Shown here in pieces: positions 1-12,000 of a DNA stretch of 32,718 nt; within the stretch, counting starts at the first letter, position 1, and every line of letters begins with the position of its first letter. A program made the translations under genes and the position numbers. The DNA lies in assembly GCA_043813605.1 (NCBI GenBank), contig JBDRKX010000111.1:1-32718 (forward strand), in the 5' to 3' direction. This DNA comes from Elusimicrobiota bacterium (GTDB taxonomy: Bacteria > CG03 > SLGR01 > JBDRKX01). The notes below the pieces were generated by a model that was given only the letters and a program-made list of their open reading frames with translations, made no database searches and was not told the origin of the DNA.

Positions 1-2
1 CT

Positions 3-3000
3 GTAACCCGCCAGCTTCCGGCTCACGTAATTATTCATCGTAATAACGTCATCAAGCGACGCGTCTACATACAGGTCGAACCACAACGCGTGCGACAGTA
101 TCTCGCGCCCGCTCAGTTCCGCCGTGATATGCGCCGACAGCTCTTCTCCCGTCAACTGCCTGCCGCCAACCTCGTATTTCTCGAATCCGGAGATTATACG
201 CAGCACACGCTCCGCTAATACCGGGCTCTCTTCGGCAAGAGCTGCCGCCTTGAGCGCTATCTTCGCGTCAAGCGTCAGCACATCCGTTCCGCTCCCGTAA
301 GATGTCATCTCGCCCACCTCTATTGAACTCACACCGGCATAGACCGACAGCTGTTCAAGCACTCTCTCTCCCATCCGAGGTTCGGCCTCCGCTATGCGTA
401 CAAGGCCTGTCACGCTCATGAGACGCCTGACAGTTCCGGTTACCGGATCCATCAGCATAGACTGGATACCGTCCGCCAGACTCCGGCTGTCCTTCGCGCC
501 GTCTACCAACAGCCCCTCGCTCGCCAGGTCCATCCAGCCGGGATTCACGCTATTGGCAAACATTATCATAGTCAGGACTTCAGCATGAGAACGTGCAATA
601 ATATCTATAATATTAATATTCAATTTCTTAAAATCATCTGGTGGAATCATAACACCGGAATTCGCACTTTTTATGAGTTTATTGAGATATAATTCGAGGT
701 TGACCGACACATCTTCCGCCGGATCAAACCATTTTATCCATTCATTGCGTACGAATTCGTTCACCTGTTCTTCATTCATTTCTGTTAAAAACGGGTTACT
801 GAGAATACTCTCATCCGCAAGCCCCGCACTCACTGCGGCACGATTGGCAATATTCCTGTTATGCCCGATGATATTGAGTAAATTCAGAATATCCTTATAA
901 CCGGCAGTTTCAAGGTTATCTTTCAGTACATAATGGATATTACTGCCGTCATACGGCGGAAGAGATCCGGTATTCTTAGATGCACTTATAGCCATATCCA
1001 GGCTCTTTTGTAAAGGATCTATATTTTCTGCAAGATCATAAGGTATGTATAACCTGTTATTTCCCGCACTGAACAATGCTTTATCCTGTTCTATGAGAGT
1101 TTCAGCTATAGCCGGATCAGCTACAATGACGCCTTTTTCACTGACCAGTGTTTTTGCCATATTATTGATAAGATCATAATTCTCGATCTCTCCTGCTATC
1201 TTTTCATATTCCGCAATATCTTTCGTTTTGTCAATTTCACCAAAGCTAAAAACTACTGTTTTGGATTTTCTGCCCATTTCCAAAATTTTACTGATAATAT
1301 TTTTTACCCGGCTTTCGGTTTTCCGGGTTGTATGGCCGGCAGTAATTTGAATCTTTTCAATGGCTTTTATTTCGTCTGTATCTACCAGTGGCACACGGGA
1401 CAATATACTTTTCACTATGGTATCTGCATCCGCTTCCCTGTACTCCGCATCTACAGTGATTATTATCCGGTGACGAAGCACATCAAGGGCAACAGCCTTT
1501 ATGTCCTGCGGCAGAACATATCCGCGGCCGTGCATGAACGCATTTGCCTTGGCTGCCCATATCAGCGCCTCCACGGCACGCGGTGAAGAACCGGCAAGTA
1601 TCATGTTCTTTACTTCAGACAGCCCTTCTATCTCTTCGGGATTACGTGTTGCGCGAACTATATCCGTTATGTAATTCTTAAGACTCCGGTTAATATATAT
1701 GCCGCTTATAACCGACCTTAATTCAAGCAGATGTTTGAGTGTTATTACACCGTTGACCTTTATTATTTCCGCTCCGCCCTCATTTGCCTGCCGGGCAATT
1801 GCTATCTCTTCTTCATATGTTGGATAATCGGTAATGATCTTCATCAGGAACCTGTCAAGCTGGGCTTCAGGCAGTGGATTAGTACCTTCCTGTTCCACAG
1901 GATTCTGTGTTGCCAGAACAGTGAAAAGGTCATGAAGCTTATATGTATTTTTGTCTATTGTCACCTGCATTTCCTGCATAGCTTCCAGGAGAGCACTCTG
2001 TGTTTTCGGTTTGGCGCGGTTTATCTCGTCAACAAGCACAAGAACCGCAAATACAGGGCCTTTTTCGGTTATGAACCTGCTGAGTTCCTCTTTTACTGTA
2101 TTTATATCATGGCCTTCCGGTACTGCTGTATCTTCATACTCTCTTTTTAAAATAGTGACACCCGTAATATCGGAAGGCTGCATATCCGATGTCATCTGTA
2201 TCCTGCTGAATATTGTGCGCAGCTCTTGTCTTGCTTCTTCGGTTCTTCCAGTCTGGACACCATCATCTTCTATTATGGCTTTAGCTATAGTACTTATCAG
2301 AAGTGTCTTGGCCAATCCCGGCATACCTTCAATAAGTATATGGCCTCTCCTGAGCAGCAGTCCCATTATTACGCTTCTTATCATATGTTCCTGGCCCTTT
2401 ATGACTTTACTTACTTCCCTCTCAAGTTCGTTTACAAGCTTGTATGCTTCTCTAACTTTAACAGTATTATCGCGTATGGCCGCAGGCAGACGCGAGAGCA
2501 TCCATTCATCTTTCCTGCCGTATAACTCTCCTTTTTTACTTAATTGTTTATTTACATCAGCGATACTCTCTTTCAGAACAGTGATATTATTCAGTATTGC
2601 GGCAAGTCTTTCTTCCGGCAAGTCATAGTCCTTTCTTGCGGCAGTTATCCTCTTTTCAATGCGTGTGATCATGTCATCAGCAACAGAGATATCCCGCTTT
2701 GCCATAATAAGTTCGTCCCGATCAACTACTATATGTTCCCGGGCACTGAAGATATATTTTTCTGCACTATTTATCTCTTCGGCTAACCTGTCAATAATAC
2801 CGGCTTCTTTTAATTCAGGCACTTCTACAGCATCAATGATATCCCTTATGAACTCCTCCGGAGTATTGCCCTCTTCTGCGTTATCGCTTAAAACCACCCT
2901 GTGTCTCAGGACGTCTTCTGCCACCATTTTAATATCTTCGGGAATAACAAAACCGCGGCCATGCATGAAAGCACGGGCTTTTGAAGCCTTTACAAAAGCT

Positions 3001-6000
3001 AAAAGTGCCCTCGGAGATGCTCCCCACGATATCTTTCTCATATCCGATACTGTTTTAATGATGTCTGCCATATCTTCTTTATTTGCGATACCTGCCCAAT
3101 AAGGCAGCATCTCTATGAATTTCTCTTCATCCAGCCGGGTAGCCCGCACTATATCCGTTATATAGCGGATCAGGCTGTCATCTACATATATATCTTCTAC
3201 TATTTCACGTATTTTCAGTAATTCCGCCAATGATATCACAGCGTTTATATTTACGGCTTCTGCACCGCCTTCATCAGCCTGACGAGTGATAAGCACTTCC
3301 TCCTCATAACTTGGATAACCGGTTTTCACTTTGAGCATAAACCTGTCCAACTGGGCTTCCGGCAGGGGATACGTTCCTTCCTGGTCTATAGGATTCTGAG
3401 TAGCAAGAACGGTAAACAGATCATGCAGTTTATAAGTTGTCTTATCTATTGTAACCTGCATCTCCTGCATAGCTTCGAGAAGCGCACTCTGCGTTTTAGG
3501 TAGTGCGCGGTTTATCTCATCTACAAGGACAAGCACAGCAAATATCGGCCCTTTTTCTGTGATGAATTCACCAAGGTCCTTCCGAAAAATGGTCACACCC
3601 GATATATCTGTCGGCTGCATATCAGGCGTCATCTGTATCCTGCTGAATATCGATCTGAGTTCAGATCTTGCCTCCTTAAGTCCAATGGTCTCTTTTGCTC
3701 CGTCAACCTTTATCGCTCTGGCTATAGTGCTTACCAGAAGCGTTTTTGCAAGACCAGGCATTCCTTCGAGCAGTATATGCCCCCTGTCAACAATCAGGCC
3801 TGTTATAACACTGTCGATCATGTGTTCCTGCCCGATGATAACTTTTGATACTTCCTGCTTCAGCCCTATTATGAGTTCTCGGGATTCTTTGACTTTACTA
3901 TCGTGAGCCTTTATTTTTGATGGAAGATGTTCAAACCAGTCCCGGTTCACCCTGATCGCTTTTTCTTCCCTGGTGATCCTTTCTGTGAGTTCTTTGATAT
4001 CATGTTTTAAACCGGCCAGCTCTTTTCTGATCCTGAGTTCTTTTTCCCGGTGATCCCAACCCTCTTTACTTTTTTCAGAAGATTCCTTTTCTATGTCACT
4101 TATCAGTGCCAGGCTAAGAGCGATCTTCTCACCAGCCAGTGAAAGTTCATCAATATCCTGGACAATATGCCCGGCGGCTTCACTGACATAATCCGCTGCT
4201 TTCTTGATTTCACTTATAAGATTATCAGCCGCATCTGCCGGCTTTAAATCCGGCGGATCTATGGAGTTTATGATATCACGGATAAAATGTTCCGGTATCA
4301 GGTCTTCTTCAGCTGCGCTTGAAAGGATTATCCTGTGTCTCAGAATATCTTCGCTGACAGCCCTGATGTCTTCCGGAAGCACATAACCGCGGCCCTGCAT
4401 GAAAGCGCGGGCTTTGGAGGCTTTTATAAAAGCTATACATGCCCGCGGAGACGCTCCTGCTTCGATCCTGCCTGTCCAATCCGGCAGGAGTTCCCTGTAT
4501 ATTCCGTCTTCCAGCCTGGTCGCCCGGACTATTTCTGTAATATAATCATGAAGCCTGCTATCCATATGTATATTCTCTACAGTAGCGCGCATCTTCATCA
4601 ATTGATCAAGGCTCAGTATTTCTTTTACCCTGACAAGGGCCGCACCGCCTTTATCCGCCTGCTCTGCTATCTTTCTCTCGTCTTTACGCGACGGGTATCC
4701 TGTTTTTATCTTCATCAGGAATCTGTCCTGCTGCGCTTCGGGCAACTGGTATGTACCATCCTGCTCTATGGGGTTCTGTGTAGCCAGAACAGTGAAAAGT
4801 TCGTGAAGCGCGTATGTCTCTTTATCGATTGTGACCTGCATCTCCTGCATCGCTTCCAGAAGCGCGCTCTGCGTTTTTGGCAATGCCCTGTTTATTTCAT
4901 CAACAAGCACCAGTACGGCAAATATAGGGCCTTCTTCCTTGATAAATTTACCCAGTTCCTTGCGGAAGATCGTCACACCGGAAATATCGGTAGGCTGAGT
5001 ATCCGAAGTCATCTGTATCCTGCTGAATATCCTCTTCACCTTCTTTTTTGCATCTGCCAGTCCGCTCGTATCCTGACCGCCATCCCGTCTTATCGTACTC
5101 GCTATCGTACTCACAAGCAGTGTCTTGGCAAGACCGGGCATTCCTTCGATCAGTATATGGCCCCTCTTTACAAGTAATCCCATGATCACACTCATTACCA
5201 TATGTTCCTGACCTTTGATAACCCGCCCCACTTCTTTCATCAACTCTTTTATGAGTGAATTATCCATGACCACATTACTGTCCAGTTCAGCTGCATTCCG
5301 GGGTGTATAAACGAGTTTCTCATTGAGGCTTCTTGACCGGTTCTCTAATTGTGTATTTATTTTTTCTTTTATACTGATATCATCTTTTTTAAGTTTTAGC
5401 AGAAGTCTCTGTATGTATTCCTGTTTCAATTCACAAGACGGTTCCGGTGATCTATAATCACTGAGTACAGCCCTGTTAACAAACGGTAACCCGCTCAATT
5501 TCCCGCCTAAAACGATATTATCTATTGTTTTATCCAGTTCGAGCGTATCATAGAGATGCGGGAAATGCTGTCCGACCAGTTCTGACAATTGCTGAAACAT
5601 CCCGGGATTTTCATTAAAATAGCTGTTATCGATAAACGGGGATCCCTTTCCTTTGCGGCCTTCGAAATAATAGGAGAAGAGTATTGCGATCAGTTCTTTG
5701 ACTACAGTTTCCTCACCATACTTGCGTGCCAGGACCTTCAACGGGATCTCCCTGTCATGTTTTACATGCTCTTTTATCATACGCGGGATCAGATCATTTA
5801 ACAAACCTCTGTACTTATTATTCTCCAGTGACTCGAGGAACCCGGTATAGACATTTTTATTCTTTCCGAAACGCATGCTCCTGTATAATTTAACATGCAG
5901 TTTTTTACCTCTTCTTGAATATTTCTTAAAATACTCATCAATAGCTATATGAGCGTATTCATGGCCCTTAAAAGACAGTTCAGTATCTTGTGGATCAATG

Positions 6001-9000
6001 CCCAGCAGGTTGGAGACGAATTCTATGAAGGCAGGAGAATATTCAAGATCATAACCCTCTTCTGTCTCCTCGTAAGAAGAGATACCGTTTTCGCCAAGCA
6101 TTCTGATGAACTGATCGGTCTCAGCCGGATCGAGCTCGCCGAGTTTATCTTCTATCTTTCTGCGCAGTGAAAGACTTAACTGATAGTACAACGCCGATCT
6201 TCGCGCTCTATTCAGATCCCTGAAATATTTGACAACCGGTTCGAAATAACCATGGTCATTACCGTTTATCGTAGTAAAGATCACCTTATTCTTGAATATT
6301 TCTTTCAGCCGGTTCCTGATCTCGGCTGCTTTGCGTGCGAATTTATGTTTTAATGCGCCTGTGTCTATCTCGCGTACTTTTCCGCTTTCCAGGTCCCTGA
6401 CTGCAATCTTTCCCACATCAGGCAGATGTATCTCCCTGACGTCGTTTATCACTATCGGCACCACAATATTGTTTTTGTTCTTGAGTCTGGCCAGAGAGTC
6501 ACTGAAACCGTCAGAATAAAAATCCGAAATAACGAATACAAGAGTCCGGCTCTTAAGACTCCGCGCGGCAGCATCTATCGCCTGAGACAGTTTTGTATTT
6601 GAGGTTTCAGGAGAAATTTTCTTTCCTTTTCTGAAAACACCGAAAATATTTCTGAATACCGGGCGTTTTTCTGTCTTTAACGGAAACCCTGTCTTGCCGG
6701 TTTCTTTTTCTCCCCATATCCCGGTAAGTATCCTGGCGATATTCCGGGGATTAGTCGTAAGCTTATGGCTTTTAACTATATCGGATAGAGTGATCAGACC
6801 CACTGACTGGTCGTTTTCACGCGCTGCAAGGATCAGTGCTCCCGCAATGTTTTCTGCGGCCTCCCTTTTGGAAATACCCTGTGTATTCATATTAAGCGAC
6901 GGGGTCTTATCCAGTATCACTACAACCGGAAAATCCCTGATCTCCCTATACCTGTTTATAAACTCTTCATCTACCCTGGCCGAATACTTCCAGTTAATGT
7001 CACGTGCAGGCATACCTTCCTCATATGGCACCAGGTCTTCTATCTCTTCGGAACGGCTTGCCCCGATAAAAAGCGACCTGAATCCTCCCGCGGGAAGAGC
7101 GCTCGAAAGGGCTTTTATTTTTGTCTCGATCAGTTTATATTTTCTGCGCACTACTGCAGGAACCATTGCCGGTATAATGGACAGCATAAAAGGCAGTCCG
7201 CCTGGTATACCTTTTTGTCCGGCAGCCAGCAACCCTTTATCTTCAGCAAGTTTTGCGGTCTTTTCAGATTTTATACTGTCCTTTACTTCCCGGGCTTTTT
7301 CCCTGACCTCCTGATTAGAATGATTCAAAAGATGCTTTACAATGTCTTTTTCTAATTGAGTCACTTTTTCCAGTTTTTCGATTTCGTCAAGAACTTCATA
7401 AATAATAGTACTTTCCCCGACATCGGTATCTACTTTTGCAAGCAACTCAACAGCTTTTTTCCTGACATCCGGATTCAGGCTTTCTTTAAGCAGGAAAATC
7501 ATCTTCATATCATCAAAGTTAAATTGAGAACTGCTTCCGTTGATTATCTTGGTCTCAAAGAGAGCCAGTATATCCAGTCCTCCTTTGTCCCTCAGGGTTT
7601 TGTAAAGCTCTGATCTGTAATCCGTTCCGACCCCCTCTTTAATAAATGTCCCTATTACTTCATCTTTAGTATTGTGCAGCGACCAGTCAGGATCCGCCAG
7701 ACTCTTTCTGGTTACTTCCTTAAGGGCCATTTCGGCGACTGAAGTATCCGGATTATAGATCAGCGCCCATATACCAGCAGATATAACTTCCCTCTCATAC
7801 CAGAGAGAATAGTCCTCATTCTTAGTTATATCCGCAAGTCGTCTTATTGTCTCTTTGGCCGTTTGGGCTGTGATCTTTTGGGATATCCCGGACAGTATTC
7901 CCTTTATTTCTGCCTTGTAATCATCATTCATTCTTACTGCAGTCATGAGAGTGACAACCGTGAGGTTTTCGGAAGTATAGTCTTTGCCTGCCAGTATGTA
8001 GTCATTAATCTTTTTGCCGTTCCAGGTACGCAGCCTCTCATACCATTCGGGCCGTTCATAGCGATAAGTAACCGTTTTGGAATGATCATTCACATTTCTT
8101 AGCTTAATAAGGATATTCGCGCCTTCCATTACCCTTTGTTTGATCAGTCTTATTCCTTCTGCAGGCGTTTCCATGAGTTTATCGATCACTACACTCTGGA
8201 TATCCCAGTTTTCGTTCTGCAAAAACTGTGAGAGTTCTTTCATCATTCCTTTATTTTTCAATATATCTATAACTTTTTTCCCGGCCTCAAGATTTACCCC
8301 GCCGGGAACCTCAGCAAATGATACTAATGCTTCTACGACAACATCTTCTTCTTCCAGCACCCCCTCACTTAGAAATCCTATAACCGCATCGCTCAATTCT
8401 TCATTATTCAGGACTTTGTACATGATCTTGAAATGGCCTTCTGCATGCATGGTCACGGGACGCTTCTTCTTATCCAGGATCATCGTCCTCGCCAGCGCCT
8501 TTCTTCCTTCCGTTCCCCTGGCTTTAAGGTAATCCAGCGCTTTTAATCTTATTTCCTGATGATCGCTTTCAAGGAACCATGCGACAGCATCAAGATCTCC
8601 TACTCTGTTGAGATGATCCAATGCAATAAATGCCGCATCCGGATGTGCTAATTTGAATATAGCAAGGAAATCCCGGTACTCTTTGTTTTCTGCGAGGTTA
8701 TCCGACTCTCCAATAAATTCGATCATCTGTATCGAGAGGTCATGGTTATACAGAGAATCATCATATTTGGAGAATATGTTTTTATTCCGTATGTTTCTCT
8801 GTGCCACTTCAACAAGCGCCTGCCGGCCTTTTTCTCCATGTTTTTTAAGGAATTCAAGTACTTTCGTCCTGGCTTCTGTATCCGGAAGTATCAGGAAATT
8901 ACTCATCAGTTTTGCGACACCGTCGATATCAATAGAAGAGATTGCTGTCAGTATGTGCGGTATAAGTTTAGGATTGATTATATATACATTTTCTGTCTGA

Positions 9001-12000
9001 GCCGCGTTCTTTATTCCTATGTCCAGTTTGGACATGCCTGAGAACAGCCAGTTTAACGATTCTATAACAGCTTTTTTATCCTTATCTTCAGCAAGCTGGT
9101 ACCTGTCAAAATACGCCCCTATCATCTTTGTCTGGAATTCCGGTTTATCCTGAAGGAACCAGAGTATAGGGCCCTGCAGCCTGGAAAGCTCGGCATCATC
9201 CGCGAAAACAAGATAATACCCGAACTTCATCAGAAGTTCGTGGTCTTTTTCATACAACGCCAATACCTGGAGCATCATCTTTGCCGCATTATGATCTTTA
9301 TATATTGATACGACTTTGTTAAACGCGTATTCTGAGATCTTCTGATTCTTATGTTTAAGCGCCTTAAATATTGCAGAAAATGCTTCAGGGCCGTGTTCAT
9401 TATCAAGGTTCTTTACTGTGATCTTTTCTGCAGAATCTATGATACGCTTGTAATCTCTGAACGAGACCAGGCCGTTCAGGTTGTTTTCAATGTAAGTCTT
9501 ATACACCCATATACTGTCCGTACCCCTGGCTTCAAGCACTTTGTTTACTTCTTGCTTAAAATCCCTGCCGGTAACATTTACAAGGTCCCCTGTCTCAAGC
9601 AGTGAAAGAAGAATATTCCCGGCGCCCTGATCCGGCGAGCTCTTTAAATACTCAAGAGCTTCGATCCATTTTCCCTCATAATCCGGATCCCACCAGTGAA
9701 GCAGTACCGGTAATACTTTTTCCTTTATCAGCGGGTCAGAATATACCCCATCGAGTATCATACTGTTCTTTCCGAACATCTTTACAAAACTCTGATATAG
9801 GACCTCAGACTGCTGGATCTTCAGATTAATATGGCTGTAAGTGGCAAATCCCGCAATAGCTGTCCAAACCGTCAGGTTAAATATGACCAGCATTACGGCC
9901 AAAGCTCGTTTTACAGATAATGGATGCCTGTAATTCTCATATGATTCATCAATATAAGACAGTTTATCCAGCGCCGTTTCTCTTATCTCTTTCTTCGGAT
10001 GTTTTTTCAATGAATTCAGAATAAGCCTGGCTCCCGTATCATCCTGGCTTATTTCCCAGATATTCATCAGTTTTACAACGAGATCCGGTGAATCCAGCCA
10101 GCTGAAATGTTTTCGTTTCTCGTTGATCAGAAGGTTTTTGATGACATCGCCCCAGACATAATGGTCATATCCCTGCTGCGCAAAGATCTTCAGAGACTGT
10201 TCAACGGCGTTCAGTAGATCATCGCTGTTTGTGTACATATACGCTAGAAGGACTTTCTCTACCCATAATCTCTCCCGTTCCTTCAACTGCACAAGCAGTT
10301 CTTCCTTCTGTTCCGCGGGTTTCAGGTCTTTCCATTCATCTAAGAATTTCTTTAATTCGATTATCTCGGCTTTTGTTATGTCTCTTCTTGCCGGTACAGC
10401 TTTCAGCGATTTTAGTGTTTCAGTATCTTCTGCATTCTCATCCCTTATCTCAAGGAAAAGTGAATCAATACTCTTCAGGATCTTTCTTTTTCTGCTGATC
10501 CTGTCCCATATTATCCCCGCCATACTTAGTATGCGTTTACGGAATACTATTTCCAAAAAGAATATAACCGACATACCGAGTATTATATAGCCGTGTAAAA
10601 GATGACTGTCCCATGTCCTTAAAGAGATATCATTTAAATACTCATTTATTTTTTCGGTTATTCCTGCAGCTTCACTCGGGCCGGCAAGAGCGAGCACAAA
10701 ACCTGTGGCAAGTACCGCCAGATTAATAGCGCCTTTGTTCTTCAACGATAACCGCTTGAATATCGAAGGTTTTTCTTTACTGCCGGAATCAGTTATCTCT
10801 TTCTTTTTCCTGAAGAAACTCCTGTTTGAGAACATTCCTATAAGTAAATCTATAAAAAGAGCCGGTATAAGGAACCATCTCGACAGGTCTTTAAAACGGT
10901 CCAGATAACTTTTTGCCTTTGTTTTTATCCTGCCGGAGGCTTCCTTGAGCATATCGACGGCACTCCCGTCACCGGCTTTAATAAACTTCCCGCCGCTTCT
11001 GTTTGCAATATATTGAGCCCTTCCCGGATCAGGCTCGGATACGGCATGACTTCCATGACTGTTTTCTATATATTCAATGACCTCTCCTTTATCGTTTTTA
11101 ATAGGCATTCGGGAGGGTTTTTCTCCAAGACACATCGTGAGTATTATGATATTGTTCTTCTGGGCTTCTTCGATCGCCTTGTTCAATAAGTCATCCTTGC
11201 CGAAATTTTCGAAATCGGATATGAGAAGCATGAATTTCTTTTCTTCTTTATCCAGCCCGGTTGTATTGTTTATCCTTTCAATACCTTCAAATATAGCTGT
11301 TGCCACATCTGTCCGTTCAAACATCGAATCACTGTCAATATGCTGCATATCGATGTTCTGGTACCCGGCGGTTCTTGCCATCATATCTTTGGGATCGGCT
11401 TTTAACCTTTTCAGGAAAATATTATAGTTCGAGTAATTGTTTGACAGGGCTGTCAGAGGCATCGCCTGACCTGAGAACACACCCAGTCCCAGCCGGTTGC
11501 CTTTTGAATATTTTGAAAGCTGCTCTGCCTGCCTTATCGCATTATGGAACCGCGGTTCTTCCGAGTAGACCGTACTGGCACTTATGTCTATCCAGACATA
11601 TGTACTTGAACTGCCGAACGGTGCCTTTTCCAGACCGCCTCTCGGTACAGCCATTACTGCTATCAAGGCTGTTGCCACTATTACTTTGCCTATTGTCCTG
11701 ATTATAAAACGCCTGAATCCGGCCCAGTCCTTTAATTTGTCAGGCACGCCGCCCTCTGCCCATTTCAGCGCATTCTTTAAACCTTTCTTTACCGAGCCCC
11801 ATGAAACAAGTACTACAGCCGCGGCTACAGGCAGCACTGCCCACAGCAGGTTCGGATTTGCGAAACTTATTATCGATCCGTCTGCCAGTTTTTCAAGAAT
11901 ACCTTTTTCGGCGGCCCAGGTGGCTCCCGGAGAAAGAAGTGTTTCATATGCTGCACTCAAACCAAAAAACGGCAGCATGATACTCCATACTTTTTTTCCG

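Larger units (their letters stand above)
1390..5270 (-). repeat. Diverged tandem triplication, unit ~1.4 kb (MoxR plus helical linker)
   Basis: Walker A motifs sit at ~5130, ~3750 and ~2310. The two linkers are homologous (ISEIKKAADYVSEAAGHIVQDIDEL vs AEEINSAEKYIFSAREHIVVDRDEL). Confidence 0.9.

Noticed and set aside
1390..5270. MoxR triplication as an assembly artefact
   Set aside because: The copies differ by many substitutions and copy-specific insertions while staying in frame.
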